Origin: Trichosphaerium sp. ATCC 40318
Lineage: Eukaryota; Protista; Tubulinea
Length of the DNA: 64,000 nucleotides
Direction of reading: 5' to 3'
Assembly (NCBI GenBank): GCA_038496445.1
Contig: JALMLS010000577.1
Coordinates: forward strand, 930,001-994,000
The notes under the pieces are model-generated. The model saw nothing but the letters and a program-made list of their open reading frames with translations, did no database searches and was not told the DNA's origin. Shown here one piece after another: positions 1 through 14,500 of the stretch (position 1 is the first letter of the stretch; each line of letters begins with the position of its first letter). The translations under genes were made by a program, and so were the position numbers.

Positions 1-3000
1 TAATTAGCATGGAAACTAACTGTAAGTACGACGTACCCAATCCTTGATCTAGCGTTTCTGGAAGAGGATAATTCTTCTTGACCTTAGCAGGTCCCTTGAC
101 ATTTGCAGTAGCTGGAACATCGGCGGCTGGAGATGGAGCAGTACCATCAGCAGCAGGTGCAGAAGCATCGGCCGGAGCGTTGTCATCAGTAGAAGCTGAG
201 GAATCCTCGCCTGCTGTATCAGCTGGAGCATCAAAGACAATATCGCCAGGTAGAACGCTATCATTTGCGGCAGTATCGTCACCAGTGCTATCATCAGTCG
301 TTGCATCAGCAGGTGCAGTGTCAGTCGTAACAGGTGCTGTATCGGTTGCTGGCACAGCATCAGTATCAGCAGTAGCATCATCAGTAGTGTCGTCAGCAGG
401 TACTGCAGTATCATCGCCGGGCGCTGCATCATCAGCAGGCGCTGCAGTATCATCAGTTGCTGACGCTACAGTGTCATCTGTTGATGTAGTAGTGTCATCT
501 GCAGGCGCAGTAGTATCAGCTGGTGTAGTTGCCGCGGCCGCAGGGGTTGCTGGTGCGGTGGTGTCATCTTCTTCTTCTGTTTCCAGTTGGGTGTAGCTGA
601 GCCTTTTCGATGAGTTAGCTAACAAGTACCAACAATGGGTATTAAGTAAAAGGCACATACTTTACTCTGACTTCTCCGGAGTCGTCTTTCTTGCCTTGAA
701 TCTTGTACCATTCATCTGTTGGCTGGTTAACAGCCTTAGATAAAGGTAGTTCAACAAAACCAATAACATCATTCGAGCCAACGGCATCATGATCTAGAAT
801 CTCAACCTTTACGGTGCTGGTTGGGTCACGCTAAGTTTGAACGATTAACAATTATCGAAATAGCTATCTGAAGCAAAACGAAAATAGACAGGTAACATAC
901 CACAGACAAGAGGAATTGTTGACTCCACACAGGATCGAGCTATTAGAATATAAGAAATTATGATCGAATAAGCATTCAGCAAAAGTATGGTTTCGTATTT
1001 CGTACCGTGTCCTTGACAACCTTACTCTTGGTGCTATCTCCTTCGAAGGAGATGACAGCAAAGGCATCTGTTGTACCGATAGTATCGGTTTTTGGCAAGT
1101 TCTTTGCCTCAACAAGTGTTACTTGAACAGCACCAACAGCGCTAGGTCTGCAGTATGTAAAGTAGTCATCAACAAATGTTTCGCCAATATTCTTGATGGC
1201 GGTACGCAATTGTACACTGAGCGAATGTGCAGGTCCAAAGGCTACGTCAAAACGACGTTTAAAGTCCTTCAAAGATACCTAATTGTTTTTAGAGATTTGT
1301 CAACTCCTAAAAAAAACGTCCAAAAAAAGCGCACTGTCTGGTCTTTTGCGGCAGCGTCTTCTTCAGCAAACTCTTTGTTACATGTATCAACAGCATAGTC
1401 GAGACTTCCCATGAGATCTGTAATCAAAGTAGCTTGATCAGAGTTCTTGCCAACAAAGTATTTGTGTAGACTCTTGGCTTGAATGAGCAATTGTTCGACG
1501 GTATCTAAAGCAAGTAAGTTCAAGTGTTTGATAGCGAAGACTGAGCATACCCGTAGAGTTTGTCTTTTCTTGGTCATCCTTGGATTTCTCAACGTAATCA
1601 AGTACGATGTACAAGCGCGATTGTTCGGCTTTTTTGCCTTCAATCTTGTACCAACCTTCGCTGGTCTTATTTTTAATAACATCCTCGAGATTGATGCTAA
1701 CAAGGCCGATGAGCTCATCCTTCTTTGGTGGGAGATCATTATCAAAGACTTGCAATTGCAATGGTTCAGGGTTCTATTATAACTTTAATACTAGCTCAAA
1801 CTCATAAAAAATAAAGTGACGTACATCGCCCAAACCGAATTCAAAGTGTTCATTCCATGCAGGGTTGCTGTCATCATCAATTGTCTTTGTTTTCTCTTCT
1901 TGTTCACCAAGACTGAGTCGGACAAAACCATCAGTTTTACCAAAGGTATCGAGTTTAGGCAAACGTTCTGCCTTGGCAATGACAACCTATTTATCTTTTA
2001 AGCAAAAACAAGCTTTCTTCAAACTATCAAAGATTAATTACCTTGAGTGTGCCCTTGTCGTCAGGTCTGCAGAATTTGTAGTAGTCATCAGTAAAGGTAG
2101 TACGCATACCTAGAAGAGTAGTCAATAGACAAGTAATATAAAATATTCACTCGCACCATCTGTCAATACTGTTAGGCGCTTATCGACCTTAGTGAGTTTC
2201 TCGCTGTAATATTCTTTGACCTTCTTGGCTTTCGAGAGTACTGCGTCAGCGTTGGACAAAGATACATCCGTTGCTGGTGCTGAGTCGTCTTGGCCAGCAG
2301 AGCCGGCTTGTTTCTCCTCGTAGGATACAGCAACGTGAAGTTCTCCACGAATCTTGTCTTTACCCTTCTTAACCAAGCTGTACCAAGTATCCTAATAGAA
2401 GGAATCAGCATAAAATAAACGAAAAAAAATAAAACGCACAATTGGAGCTTTGCTGTTGATAACATCGCTCAAAGGAATAGTGACAGTTCCGATTTCGTCA
2501 TCACCACCCATATCCTCATCAAAGCAAGCAACGACCAAGTCGCTGGCTACATTAGTTACGTCTAGAAAAATAAGGTAAGAAACAGACGCTTGTTAAGATA
2601 AAAACCTACCAAAATTGAACTCAGCCTCCCATTTTGGTTCAGCTGTCTTCTTCAATACAGGCGTTTTTTGTTTGACGCCATCCAATGTAAGTTTGACGTA
2701 AGGATCAGCATGGCCTGTAAGATCCATCTTCTTCAACTTTCTCGCTTCAATGACACTACATAAAATGAGACTTTCATTCTATTATCAATCTAAAAATTAC
2801 GTACCGAACTTTGATTTCGCCAACGCAATTTGGATTGCAGAATTTGTTATAATCAGGCCCGAACATCTGATCAATTTTTTCGAGTACATCTTCAGCCTCA
2901 TCAACAATTTGTGCAGTTGCAGAACCGCCCTAAAAGAAATTAACCAACAGAAAACGCATGAAACTGCAAAGTTTAAGAAACAAAAGAATTGCAACGTACT

Positions 3001-4761
3001 GCTTCTGCCTTCTTTTTGAACTCTTCGCGAATCTTTTGGATTTCATTATCCTTTGACTCTTGTAGCGCTTGGTTCTTCTTTTTCAAATCTTGAATTTCGG
3101 AGTCTTTCTCCTTCAAACCATCATTTTTATCGTCAATAGCTTCCTGAACTTTTGCGTCAGCTTCAGCTTTTTGATCAGCCATTTCTTTCTTGTGGTTGGC
3201 TGTTTCGGCGGCATTACTGTCACGGAAACGCTTGATCAATTCAACAACATCATCCCAAGTTTTGCAACCTTCAGAATTTGGAGTATATTCTGCTTTAATG
3301 TGCAACTCACCAACGTCTTTACCAGCTACATGATAATTATTAGCACACGAACGCACAAAGAGCCTTCAAAAAATAGCGTACCTTTTTTCTTTGGTGCTAC
3401 AATTTTCACCCATTTATCATAGCCAGCGCCTTCGCTTAGCATCTTATGTACAGATAAATTAATTTCACCCATGCTATCGTCTTTTCCAACATCATCATCA
3501 AACACACGAAGTGTAAGAGTTTCAAAGATTGATTCAAGACTAAACTCGAATTCTTCGTCCCAAACTGGATTGAGTGTATTCTCCTTGTGGTGAGTCTTAC
3601 GTTTATCCTCACCAATGTTAAGCTTGACATAAGGATCGCTCTTGCCTGTAAGGAATACCGTATAAATTAAATTGAAAAAAAACAAAAAATAGGTCTTACC
3701 GACTAACTCTACATCTAGCAAGTCTTTGCCAGCGACAACTGTAACTTTGAGTGTACCGCCAGTAGTGAACGAATCATCGACGTCAGCGAGAGTTTCCTTA
3801 AATAATTTGAGCCAAAAAGAAAGAAACACAAAATAAATTCAGCAAAACGTACTTGTACTCGAGCGATGACTGATGTTCTTTCTTGTTTGAGTCTATCTAT
3901 CTCTGCCTGTAATCTAGCAGCTTTTTTAGCTGCTTCTGGGTCAACAGCAGGAGGATTAGAGCTACGGTGTTTGTGTTTTTTCGAGGAGGACTTTTTACGC
4001 TTTGGCGGTTCTTCTTCTTCTTCGTCCATACCGTCAGCAAGGCCGTCTGAGAAGTACTAGAAAAATAAGGAAGCGAATAAGGAGAAAAAAGAGTTTTTTG
4101 ATTGCGTTATCATAATCGTTGCAACCGATTTTGCAACATGTGCGGGTAAGTTCTCTTCGCTTGTTTGCTCTACTATTCAGTTTACAAAAACTTTCTACTC
4201 ACCTTTATGCTCAAATTAATCTCTCCGCTCACTTTGTCCTTAGACTTTCTCTTTTCTAGCGTAAACCAACCGCTTACTTTGCCTAAACAACAATTTTTAG
4301 CAAAAAACGGTTTCAAACAACAGACATACCTTTATCCATAAGCTCCGGGATGCTGAATTTAACTTGGCCCTACGTTCGTTAAGATTTGAGTGAGCTATTT
4401 AAAAACTTTTTAAAGGTTCGCACCATGAAATCTTTTCCAATTGGGTCATCGTCCCATACTATAATAGAGAACTCGCCATCAGGGCTAATATCGTCCATTT
4501 CAACCCCAAAGGTGTGCTATTTTTTATTGTAAGCGCTTCGTGACGTTGTGCGCGTACGTTGAACGTAGGATCGAGCTCGTTAGGTACAACCTTGGTTTTA
4601 CCCAGTTTCTTCGAGCCGAAGAGCAAACTGACATACGGATCGCTACTGCTGCCTATGCGTGTTTAATACGTTTTTCTCGCCTTGGAAAAGCTCGTACCTT
4701 TATCCTTTGCTATCAGGTTACGGCCTTCTTTAACCTTCACTAAAAAGCCTTCCCCAGACAT
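1..4761 (-). CDS. Large multi-C2-domain protein (paralog A), 3' end runs off the window; multi-exon
   Basis: Spliced translation starts MSGEGFLVKVKEGRNLIAKDKGSSSDPYVSLLFG. At least five C2 domains are present (GKSDPYVKL..NPVWDEEF..VFDDD; MPKLDTFGKTDGFVRL; LPKTDTIGTTDAFAVI), separated by helical/coiled-coil stretches. A D/T/A-rich linker occupies 1-600. GT-AG introns restore the frame. Confidence 0.9.
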
Positions 4762-5066
4762 ACTTATTTACCACTTCACTTTGAGTTGGTTGATGCCTGA
4801 ATGTGGGGCTGGAGAACTGAGCACAAGAATAATCATTACCGACTTTTTTTTTTGCTGGTCTGAACTTTTTCGGTTTCCTACCATCGTGTTTGTCGCCCCA
4901 GTAGCAATATTGGATTGAGTACATCAATGCAACTCTTAAAAAAGCTAAAAATGCGGAAATACCTTGCGAGGCTCTTTCGAAGCTGTGAAAGCATAAAAGT
5001 AGAAAGTGTCATTTAACGTCGAAAAGTTCTTCCATTCGTTTTCTAACTGCAGTCAAAGACAGAAAA

Positions 5067-8000
5067 ATGGGCCAAGCAGCGCAGAAGGAAGCGTTTGAGA
5101 AGCATATTTCTGCTCTCGGAGAAGGTGTAGTACCCGCTGACGATAAGGCGTGGGATTTATGGTTTGAGGCTGCTATTGATCCTGATTTAACTGCCAGTGT
5201 CATTAAAGCGGATGATTTGGTTACAATAGAAAGCAACAAAAATTTAAAAACGCTGTTTACAAAGGTACACGTAAGTTACGCAAAGATCGTACTCACTCGA
5301 CGACGTAGTTAATATGTAGACTGGAGAAAACAATTTCTGCTTCTACAAAAGAGAACAAAGAAACAGATTATGTTCAAACCACTAGGGCGGTGCAGTATTT
5401 AACGCGCCTGTTCAGTGTTGTTGCCAATGATTCCGCAACGTGTGCAAAATTGTTGTTAGACAAAGATTACGAATTAGCTGATGGCACACTCGGTAGACGC
5501 CTAGTTGACAGCTTACTAAGCTTGCTTTTCTTAAACGGCTATACAAGTGCGTAATTCTCTTTCAACCTCACTGGAGAACTTCAAAAGCGTCTCAGTGGCT
5601 GCATATCCATGAATATTTTAAAGTGTCAAGTAATGTACTGACAAATAACTGTTAGTGACTGCTGATGCGAAAGGCGACGCTTTGTGGGAGAGCGGACTTG
5701 GTGCAAGCGAAAACCCGCCTTTAGCGTCACACCAGGCAAAGATACGTCGTGCAAAGGTAATGCGCGCGTTGATGACGATGTCTTCCGCGACGTTATACAG
5801 TACACCAGGTAACTAAACTGATTTAAAGCATTTAAACATGAAATTGAACCGTTTAATCCAAAACTTTTTGTTACTCCTCTCGGTCGAAGAAGCGTCTATC
5901 CTGTACTCATACCTTCTGATAGAAGCCTCAATGCCTATTGGGTTTAGTGACACGTTTCTGAACTACATTACACAGCTTCCTGACCAGCAATCAAGGCGTA
6001 TTTTTTATTCTGTGTTGAATACGTTTTGCGCTTATGATCCAGTTGGTTGGGGTATGCCTTATAATCACATGGTATTTGCAGATCCTGATGAAGATGTTAT
6101 GACTTGTTCCATTCAATTTTGTAATATTGTATTGGAGTATGGTCAATTACGTAAAGGAATACCAAAGAGTAAGATAAAGGCTACCAAGGTACGCAGGAGT
6201 TTATATCTTTTACCGAGATTTGGGGTTTTGTTTTGTTTGTCGGAGTTTGCTATTGCTTGACTTACAGTTGTTATAGCCTGCTCCAGGCGCCAAAGAATCT
6301 ATTGATGCTAAGGAAGGCGCTCCATACGTTAACAAGTTCTCAAAAATGTTGACTGAAATTGAAGATGCAAAGGATTTTACATTGCTGTACAAGGCTCTTT
6401 CTGCGAAGCTAAACAATCCTATTGATGCCAATGATACTTACTTTCCAAGTTCTACAAAACAACTATCGTGTCACCAAGAAGTATTAATGCTTCTTTGGCA
6501 TTTCTTGCAATCAAACACAGTACGATGGTTTTTTTTTGGTTTATTGTTCTTTCTTTCGTATGTATTTTGGCTTGTTGTTTTCTGACGGAATTTAGAAATT
6601 CCTTAACCATGTTTTACATAAAGAAGATATCAATACTATTCTTTACCCATTATTGCATTACATGTATGAAGGAAGAAACGATCAAGGTATGCTGAACTTT
6701 AGTATAACGATTTTTATGTTTAATTTTTTTTTTAATTATAGCTCAAATGGGTCTTAATCATCTTGGTATCTTTACTTTATTGTACCTTAGTGGAGAGCGC
6801 CTTTTCTCCGTTGCATTGAATAAGCCGTTTAATAAAGTATGTGGAATACTTTGAGTTTATTTCTTGTACACTAGCCGCAAGACTGACATGTTTTTTAGGT
6901 GATTCTTACCGATTTACCACGATTTGCTAATGGCACATTTGCTGATTACTTGTTACTAGTAAGACATCTATAAATCAATCACTATTTTTAACTTTTTATT
7001 CCTCAGGTACTCTTAAAGTTGCTTGTTGATGGTCACGAATCACTTGAAGGTCTATGGGAGTGTATTATGACTATTATGGCAAATGTAAGTCCATACGTCA
7101 AATCAATGACAATGGTACGTTACCTTCTTAGACCTCTTATGGTTTTTTTTGTTCTCGCTAAATATTGGAATTAGGTTACTTCTGCAAAGCTACTTAAGCT
7201 CTTTGAGTCCCTTATTAGACCAAAGTTCTTATTGGTAAAAGAAAAGAACCACAGGTTCCTCTTCTTTATCATTGAGATGTTCAACAATATTTTACAGTAT
7301 CAATATGAAGGAAATAATAACTTGATTTACTGTTTGATTCGTCATAGAGAGTCCTTTCAAAATCTTGATAAATTAGTTATTGATGATGCGTTATTGGAGT
7401 CTCTTGCTTCTGTATTAGAAAAGGCAAATAATACCAACAGCAAAAAGAAAGGAAAAACTGTTATCAAGTCAAAGAAGAAGGTTAAGAAGCCAAAGGTATG
7501 TTAGGTTTTTAAGTTTCTTTATCGTTCTCGAAATGACGAGCCATTGTGTATTTATGGGGTTATAGGAAACGGGTGATGCCACACCAGCCAAGAAAGAAGA
7601 AAAGAAGCCAACTACAAGTGATAAAAAATCTGGAAAGGAAGAAGAAACTGACGAGAAAGCAACACCTGTGAAGGATGATACCAAACCTGATACCAAGAAC
7701 ATCGAAGAAGCTAAACCAGAGAAGGAATCTAAAGTAGCAAGTGGAGAAAAGAAACCGCGAAAAAAGAGAAGAAAGAAAAAAGTTTGGGAACCAACAAATG
7801 CTTGGGTAAGTTTCTTTAATTCTATTCTATTCTCAAGTCCTTTTTAACGTTCTTATTATTTAGTTGAACCAATGGAGGAGTAGTTTGCCTTCAGCAGCTA
7901 TACTAAAATTCATATCAGTTGTAGAGCCAGAAGTCAATGCCATGGTAACTGGAAGGTATGTTTCAAAAGTTCGCAAAAACCTTTTTTGTTTTTTGCCTTT

Positions 8001-8316
8001 CTTACATCTTGCTCACTCTATTTTCAGTGCTAGCGATGAAGTAGCTATTATTTCATACCTTAAGAAGACTACACTCGTAGGATTACTACCTGTGCCTCAT
8101 CCAATCTTGATTCGCCGATACAAGCCTAACCTCGCTACTCTTTTATGGTTTCATAGTTATATGTGGGGTATCGTCGTTGTGAGGTACTGTGTTGTGTTTA
8201 TTAACGTTTTTTTATTTTGTACGTATTCTAAGCGTTACTAACTAATGATTTGTAGGAACCTTTCTTTGGGTATATTCTTGAGCAAAATCAAACTTTTTTC
8301 TCTTGTGGTAGACTAG
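5067..8316 (+). CDS. HID1: HID1 (high-temperature-induced dauer formation / dymeclin family) protein; multi-exon
   Basis: N-terminal MG (myristoylation), YDPVGWGMPYNH, LSGERLFSVALNKPF, FNNILQYQYEGNNNLIY and the C-terminal LVGLLPVPHPILIRRY..WFHSYMWG are hallmark HID1 motifs. Confidence 0.9.
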
Positions 8317-8525
8317 GCCTTGCGTGTACAAATAAATTACAATTTTTATAGTTCTTAGAGCCTACAAGGATTACGATTTTATGTTTTACGTAATACTATG
8401 GTTGTATGGTGTCCACTGCGACCATCTTTGTTTTGCGGACTGTTTGTGGAGTGGCTAACGCACATTTTTTCTGAAAAGTCGTCAGTTTTTTATATCTCCA
8501 CCCGAGTCACAAGCGTTGTATCGTA

Positions 8526-11500
8526 ATGGCGGAGCAAGGTGGCCTACTGAAGGTGGTGATCCTGGAAGCCAAGAATTTGGCCGCAAAGGACAAAGGCGGT
8601 TCGTTTTTTCAGAGTTTTATCTTCTCAAAAAAACAGAAGCAAACAAGCGCTGTAGCGTATTGTTATCACGTGTTGTAAATCGTCGCGTGTTCTTTTTTTT
8701 CTTTTTTGTTACGTATCGTTACTCCGATGCGAATCTTTAGTCTCCAGCGCCAATATACTCTGTAGGTACTTCTGATCCCTTTGTACAACTTTCTGTTGGG
8801 GGTTCAAAGTTTGGAACCACTGAAGTTATAAAAAAGACTCTAAACCCTACATGGAACGTACGTCACGTGATCAAAAAAAAAGCAGCTCGAAAATTTCTAA
8901 TTCGGAGCTTGATAGGAAACGTTTAGTAAACAAGATGTTCCAGAGGACGATGCTCTAACGCTTACAATGTATGATAAAGATAGTTTTGGGTCAAAAGATT
9001 TTATGGGTATCATTACAATACCTCTTTCAAGTTTTGCTGGTACAGGCACGTGATATTATATTTTTAAGCATTTGATCTTTTATTTCAAAAACTTTCGGTT
9101 CTGACATGACGTTATAGGGTTAACAAACAAATGGTACACACTAGAGAAGAGAAAATCAAAGGATGAAGTAAGCGGGGAAATTCATGTTAGCATTGAGGTG
9201 CGGAAAGCTGTTTTGAAGTTTCTTGAAAGCTAGTGAGGTTTTTATCTTAGTTTTATGTTTTAGTTTGTTACTTCAAGCGCTGCTGAACAATCAGGTACAT
9301 CTGATTCTGGCAGTAGCACTGGTAGAACAAAAAAAAGACATAGAAAATCTTCAAAAGCAAAACATTCCAAAAAAGATGAGACTGAATCAAAATCAGAGTC
9401 CAGGAGTCATAGATCTACCGGTTCTTCTAAGGAGCTTAAAGCTTTAAAGAAGAAGTATGATGCCTTAAAACTTGAGCATGATTCGGTCACTGTTAAAATA
9501 CAGGTAAGCAAAACAAGAAGAAGCCTTTCTTTTCAGGGTTTTTTTGGCTTACATTTTCTGTTCGTAGGAAGTTCTTGCTAGTGCTCAAGAAGGTGAAGTC
9601 GATACTGGAGGAAAATTATCTGTTACTGTTGTGGAAGCAAAAGATTTACCAAAAACAGATTTAATAGGCAAAATTGATCCGTTCGCTGTGCGTTTTTAAC
9701 AACTTGTGCTAATATGCTTTTCTCGTTTCTAAAACAAGTGTAGTCTGTCACTGTCGAGGGCGTCAAACAAAAAACGGAACATATTAAAAAGACTTATGCT
9801 CCTGTTTGGTAAGCATGCTTTTAAAAAGGTGTTGTCTCGTTTATTTTGTATGTAGGAACGCTGATTTTGATTTTCATGTTAAATCAACATTCTCAAATAT
9901 CGATATCTTTGTTTACGATTACGTACGTACCGTTTCATTTTTATTGAATTGCTAGTGATAAAGACACGCACTCTCTAATTTTCAAAGCGATTATAGCGTT
10001 GTGTCGGCAACGAAAAATCGGACCGAGTTTCAGCTTGAACGTCTGAATGTTGTTTTTAACCACGTGGTTTTAGGATAAACTTAATAAAAACGATAAAGTT
10101 GGTAAAGTGTCTATACCTGTATTTCGTGTAGCAAAGGAAGGAACATACGATGATTGGCTTGATCTAGAACCTGTTAAAGGCACGTTTTAAAACACAAAAA
10201 AACAAACCTGTGTACCACAAATAAGTTGTTAACAATTTGTCGTGTAGAGGGCAAAAAAGTGAAAGGATCTATCCACATCAAGCTTACATACACTTCAAAC
10301 GCTCCAATAATAACAAATACTACTGATATTATCGCCCTGATATCAAAATACAGAGATGACGCTTCAAATAGAACAGCTGCACTTGAGAAGCTCTTAAAAA
10401 CAAAAGAATCAGAGTTTGATGCTAAGATTAAAGAGTTAATGAAGAACCATGCTGATGAGATTGCAAAATTGACTCAGGAAAGTAAAGACGCATTAGCTAA
10501 GCAAGCACAATCTGTTGAAGATACAAGAAAGTCACTTGTTGAAGACTTGAAAAAGAAGGACGGTGAAATTGCTCAAATACGTGCTGATTTCAAGGCAAAG
10601 CTACAATCGGTGCGACAACTTTTTTTTTTCTTTTCCAAATCATGGAAGTGCTAATGTCATACTAGGGTGACTCAGCATCTCAGCATCTCGTAGATGAGGT
10701 ACCAAAATATTAGTTAACTGTTTGAGGTGTACTAACGTATGATAAAATAGGCCGAGGCTGTTGTAGCGAAGGTGAAGGATCTCTTTGAACCAGACTATAA
10801 TAAATATTGTAACCCTAACAGAATCGGTTCATTGATGGCTCGGTACGTTCACTTTATCGCAGCGATCTCACCCGAGGGTGTTTTAACCTTGTCTCTAGTG
10901 TTATCTCAGCAAAGAATCTCAAGAAAATGGACACGTTCGGAAAGAGTGATCCATACGCTAGGATAACTGTTGAAGGAGATAAGCGCAAAACAGAGATAAT
11001 CAAGAAATCTCTTAAGCCTGTATGGGAGCAAGAATTCCACTTTGGTACCTTTACTTTTCTACGGAGCTTGTGTAATCAGTCTAATTATTATTTTAGATAT
11101 CACTAGCGAGGCTAGTGTTATTGAGGCTACTGTTCTGGATTACGACGAAGTTGGAAAAAACGAAGAGATTGGTACAATTACCATTCCTTTGACAACAGTA
11201 ATTCATGGAAAAGATGCTGCCCTTCCTGCTGTACGCTCATTGAGCAGCAAGATGCTTTTAATTTGTTATCTTAATTATGTTTAGCAATGGTACACTTTGA
11301 AGTACAAGAATAAGGAAAAATCACGTGGAGAAGTTCAGTTGGCTTTTGTTTACACTGAGTTGAAAAAAGACGCTTCTGCTAAAAAAGGTGATACTTCAGA
11401 ACAAGCGCCAACAGCTGCTCTTTCTGAGGTAGATAATGTTCTTGATCATGTCAAACAAGTCAAGAAGCATTATACTGATAATATCACTAAACTAGAAGAT

Positions 11501-14500
11501 AAAATAGCCACAACAACAAAAGGTACGCTGAGGAAATGGACCATAAAATAAAGGCTTTTTCGGCTCACTTCTTTTTAGAGCTCAAGTCTTTCACTGCTGA
11601 CTACATGGAGTATTGTCAACCTGATGCTCTTGGTATCGTATCTATTTGTTTATCTAGAGCAAAAGGAATCCCAAAGATGGATACTCTAGGAAAAGCTGAT
11701 CCTTATGTGAAATTTTCTATTGGTAAACGAGACTATAAAACTAAAGTTGATAAAAATACTCTTACGCCTGTCTGGAATCAATCTTTCCAGTATGGTCTTG
11801 AAAGCGTACGTCAACATATTATACGAAACGCCTAAACCCATTGAGGTTATATTGACGGTGACTTAGGAAGAAGGAGACTTAGTGTTGACTGTTTACGATC
11901 ATGATACTGCCGGAAAAGATGACGTAATTGGCACTGTTACTTTCAAGAATGAAGATTTAATGAAAGGTAACGCTATTGAAGGATGGCAAACAATAACTGG
12001 AAAGAAGTGTAAGAAAGCAGAGCTTTACCTTACTTTGCGTACGTGACCCAATTTAACATCATCAACCCATATTAAATGTACTGTCTTGTAGAATTCCAAA
12101 AAGCAGCTGAGGCTAAGAACAAAAATACTTCTGGAGGAAGCGTTTCACAACTAATGGACCAAGCTCTCGAAGTCCATAATTTCCTAAAACTTAAGTATAA
12201 TGAGCAACAAGACATTATATCTGATCTCATGAAGAGGTAAACACAAAACATTCTTGCCATTTTTTTTTCTTCAAACTTTCTTAAAACTTTTAGCTTCGAT
12301 CACGGCATGACTATCTTGCAAACTGAATTCGGCGAACCTGATAAAGATGTACGTATAGTGTTTCCTTTATGCCTTGTTTATTGTACTAGGCACCTCTTAT
12401 GGACTTTAAAAAACGCATGGCTTTGTCTGTAGAAGTTGCTTCTAATGTTAGAGCTGCACTTCAAAAAGAAATTGTTGAGTACAGGAAGAACCTGGATGAT
12501 TCTATCAAGAAACTCGGCGATGCTTTTACTCCAGAGTACTTCGAATTTTGCAGACCTGGTTCAGTTGGTACACTAAGTGTAAAGGTTGTTGAAGCACGCA
12601 ACCTAGCTAAAAAGGTACCTACCTTATTTATTTCTCTGAACGACATGCATAAAAGGTTGTGTTATTGACATCTTTGTTTTACAGGACGTTCTCGGAAAAT
12701 CTGATCCTTACGTTGATGTTGATGTAGAAGGTTTAGTGGTAACCACAAAGGTCAAGAAGAATACGGTACGAAGCTAAAAAAGTGAAGAAAACAAACACAA
12801 AAAAACCCCTATAACTTTTTACTTACCTATATCTAGTTGAATCCACGCTGGGACGAAGAGTTCTTTATGGACGTTGTACGTATCATTTATTTTAAATACA
12901 AAGGCACACGCTAACATATTGAATAGCGCGACGAAAAGAGTGAAGTTGTTGTCAATGTATCTGATTGGGATGCTGTTGGTAAAGCAGATCTTATGGGTAC
13001 TTTCAAAGTTAATCTCGCTGATGTCATTGCCGATGCTGCTAAATATGATGATATCTGGATACCTCTCACAGGTAAAAAAGCCAAAGGAGATGTTCACATC
13101 AGGCACGTTTTTAACAAGTGTAAAATTTTCTCTTATTTTCTCCTAGGTTCAAGTACGGTAAAGTCGAAGAACCAGTGCCTGCAGCTCCAAAGGCTGATGC
13201 ATCTGCGCCTGCTATCGCCCAAGATGCAAGTGATAGTAAAGACGACGCCGAAGATTCAACAACCAGCCAAGATGCTAAACCAGACGATGTCGCGAAGGAT
13301 TCATCAGATGTTGGCGATATTGAACTTCCTCCAATAAAGGATGAAGGCGATGAAGGCGAAGATGCTCAAGAAAAAGTGGAAGATATCATTTTGCCAGACA
13401 CAAACGATTCCAAACAAGAAGAAACTGGCGATGATGCAGGTGATAAGCCCGAAGAAGGCGGTGAAGAAGGAGGCGAAGAAGGTGAAAAAGAAAACAAACC
13501 TGAAGAGCAATTAGAGCAAACAGACACAGCGCCTGCAGATGGCGATCCTGGATACAAAGACATTGATCTTAGCGGTGCTTCAACTGAAGATAAAGAAGGC
13601 ACTGAAGATGGTGAAGGAGGCGATACCGCTCCAACAGACGCCGACAAAAAGGAGGATGAAGATGCGCAACCTGATGCTGCTCCATCCGATGCAGATGCTG
13701 TACAAACTGATGCAACTGATACCGCCGATGCTGATGGAGATGCTGACGATACCAAGCCTTCCGACAATGATGCAAGTGATGTAGGTGATGCCAGTCAGAA
13801 GAAAGCAGATGCTGACGCTGATGACGATTCCTCATCAAAAGAGAAAAAGACAAAGGCACCAGGTCTGAAAGTAGCTCCTTCTGTTGCTCCTTCCGTACGT
13901 TTATGGATATCGATACTGCTTCTCACTCGTAACTATAGGAAACCAAAACGAGGAAGAAGTATCCAACTCCAAAATCTATGGACCAAGCTCTACGTTAGTG
14001 ACAAGTTGATCTTTTGTTAGTAACTTTTTTGTTTTAGAACAAGCGAATCAAGTCAAGATTTACTTCGATAAGCGTATAACAGAACTACAAGATGATGTAT
14101 CTAGGGCTATTAGTACACTTGATGTTACGTTCTCAAAGGATTATTATAAATATTGTAGACCGGATACAATAGGTGTTCTACATATCAAAGGTAACCACAA
14201 TCATAATTTTATTGGCTTTTGTTTTTCCTGGATTTTCATCAACTTTGGGTCACTGTGACTGACTCTTTCTCCTTTTAGTTGTTGAAGCTCAAGCACTTCC
14301 AAAGATGGATCTCATTGGACATACAGACGCCTTTGTTTCACTAAAATGTGAAGACTCGATAAAGAAGACAAAAACAATTGATAACAAACGTGATCCTGTT
14401 TGGAATGAACTATTCGCTTTTGAGCTTCGCCAAACTGGTAGCAACTTCACTTTCGAAGTTTGGGATGAAGACGCAGTCGTACGTTGCCCTTTTTTACAAC

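Noticed and set aside
78-596. 172-aa Ala/Ser/Val-rich ORF on the plus strand
   Set aside because: Antisense shadow of the D/T/A-rich linker of the minus-strand C2 gene.
13366-13859. Ser-rich and His/Arg-rich minus-strand ORFs
   Set aside because: Antisense shadows of the acidic linker exon.
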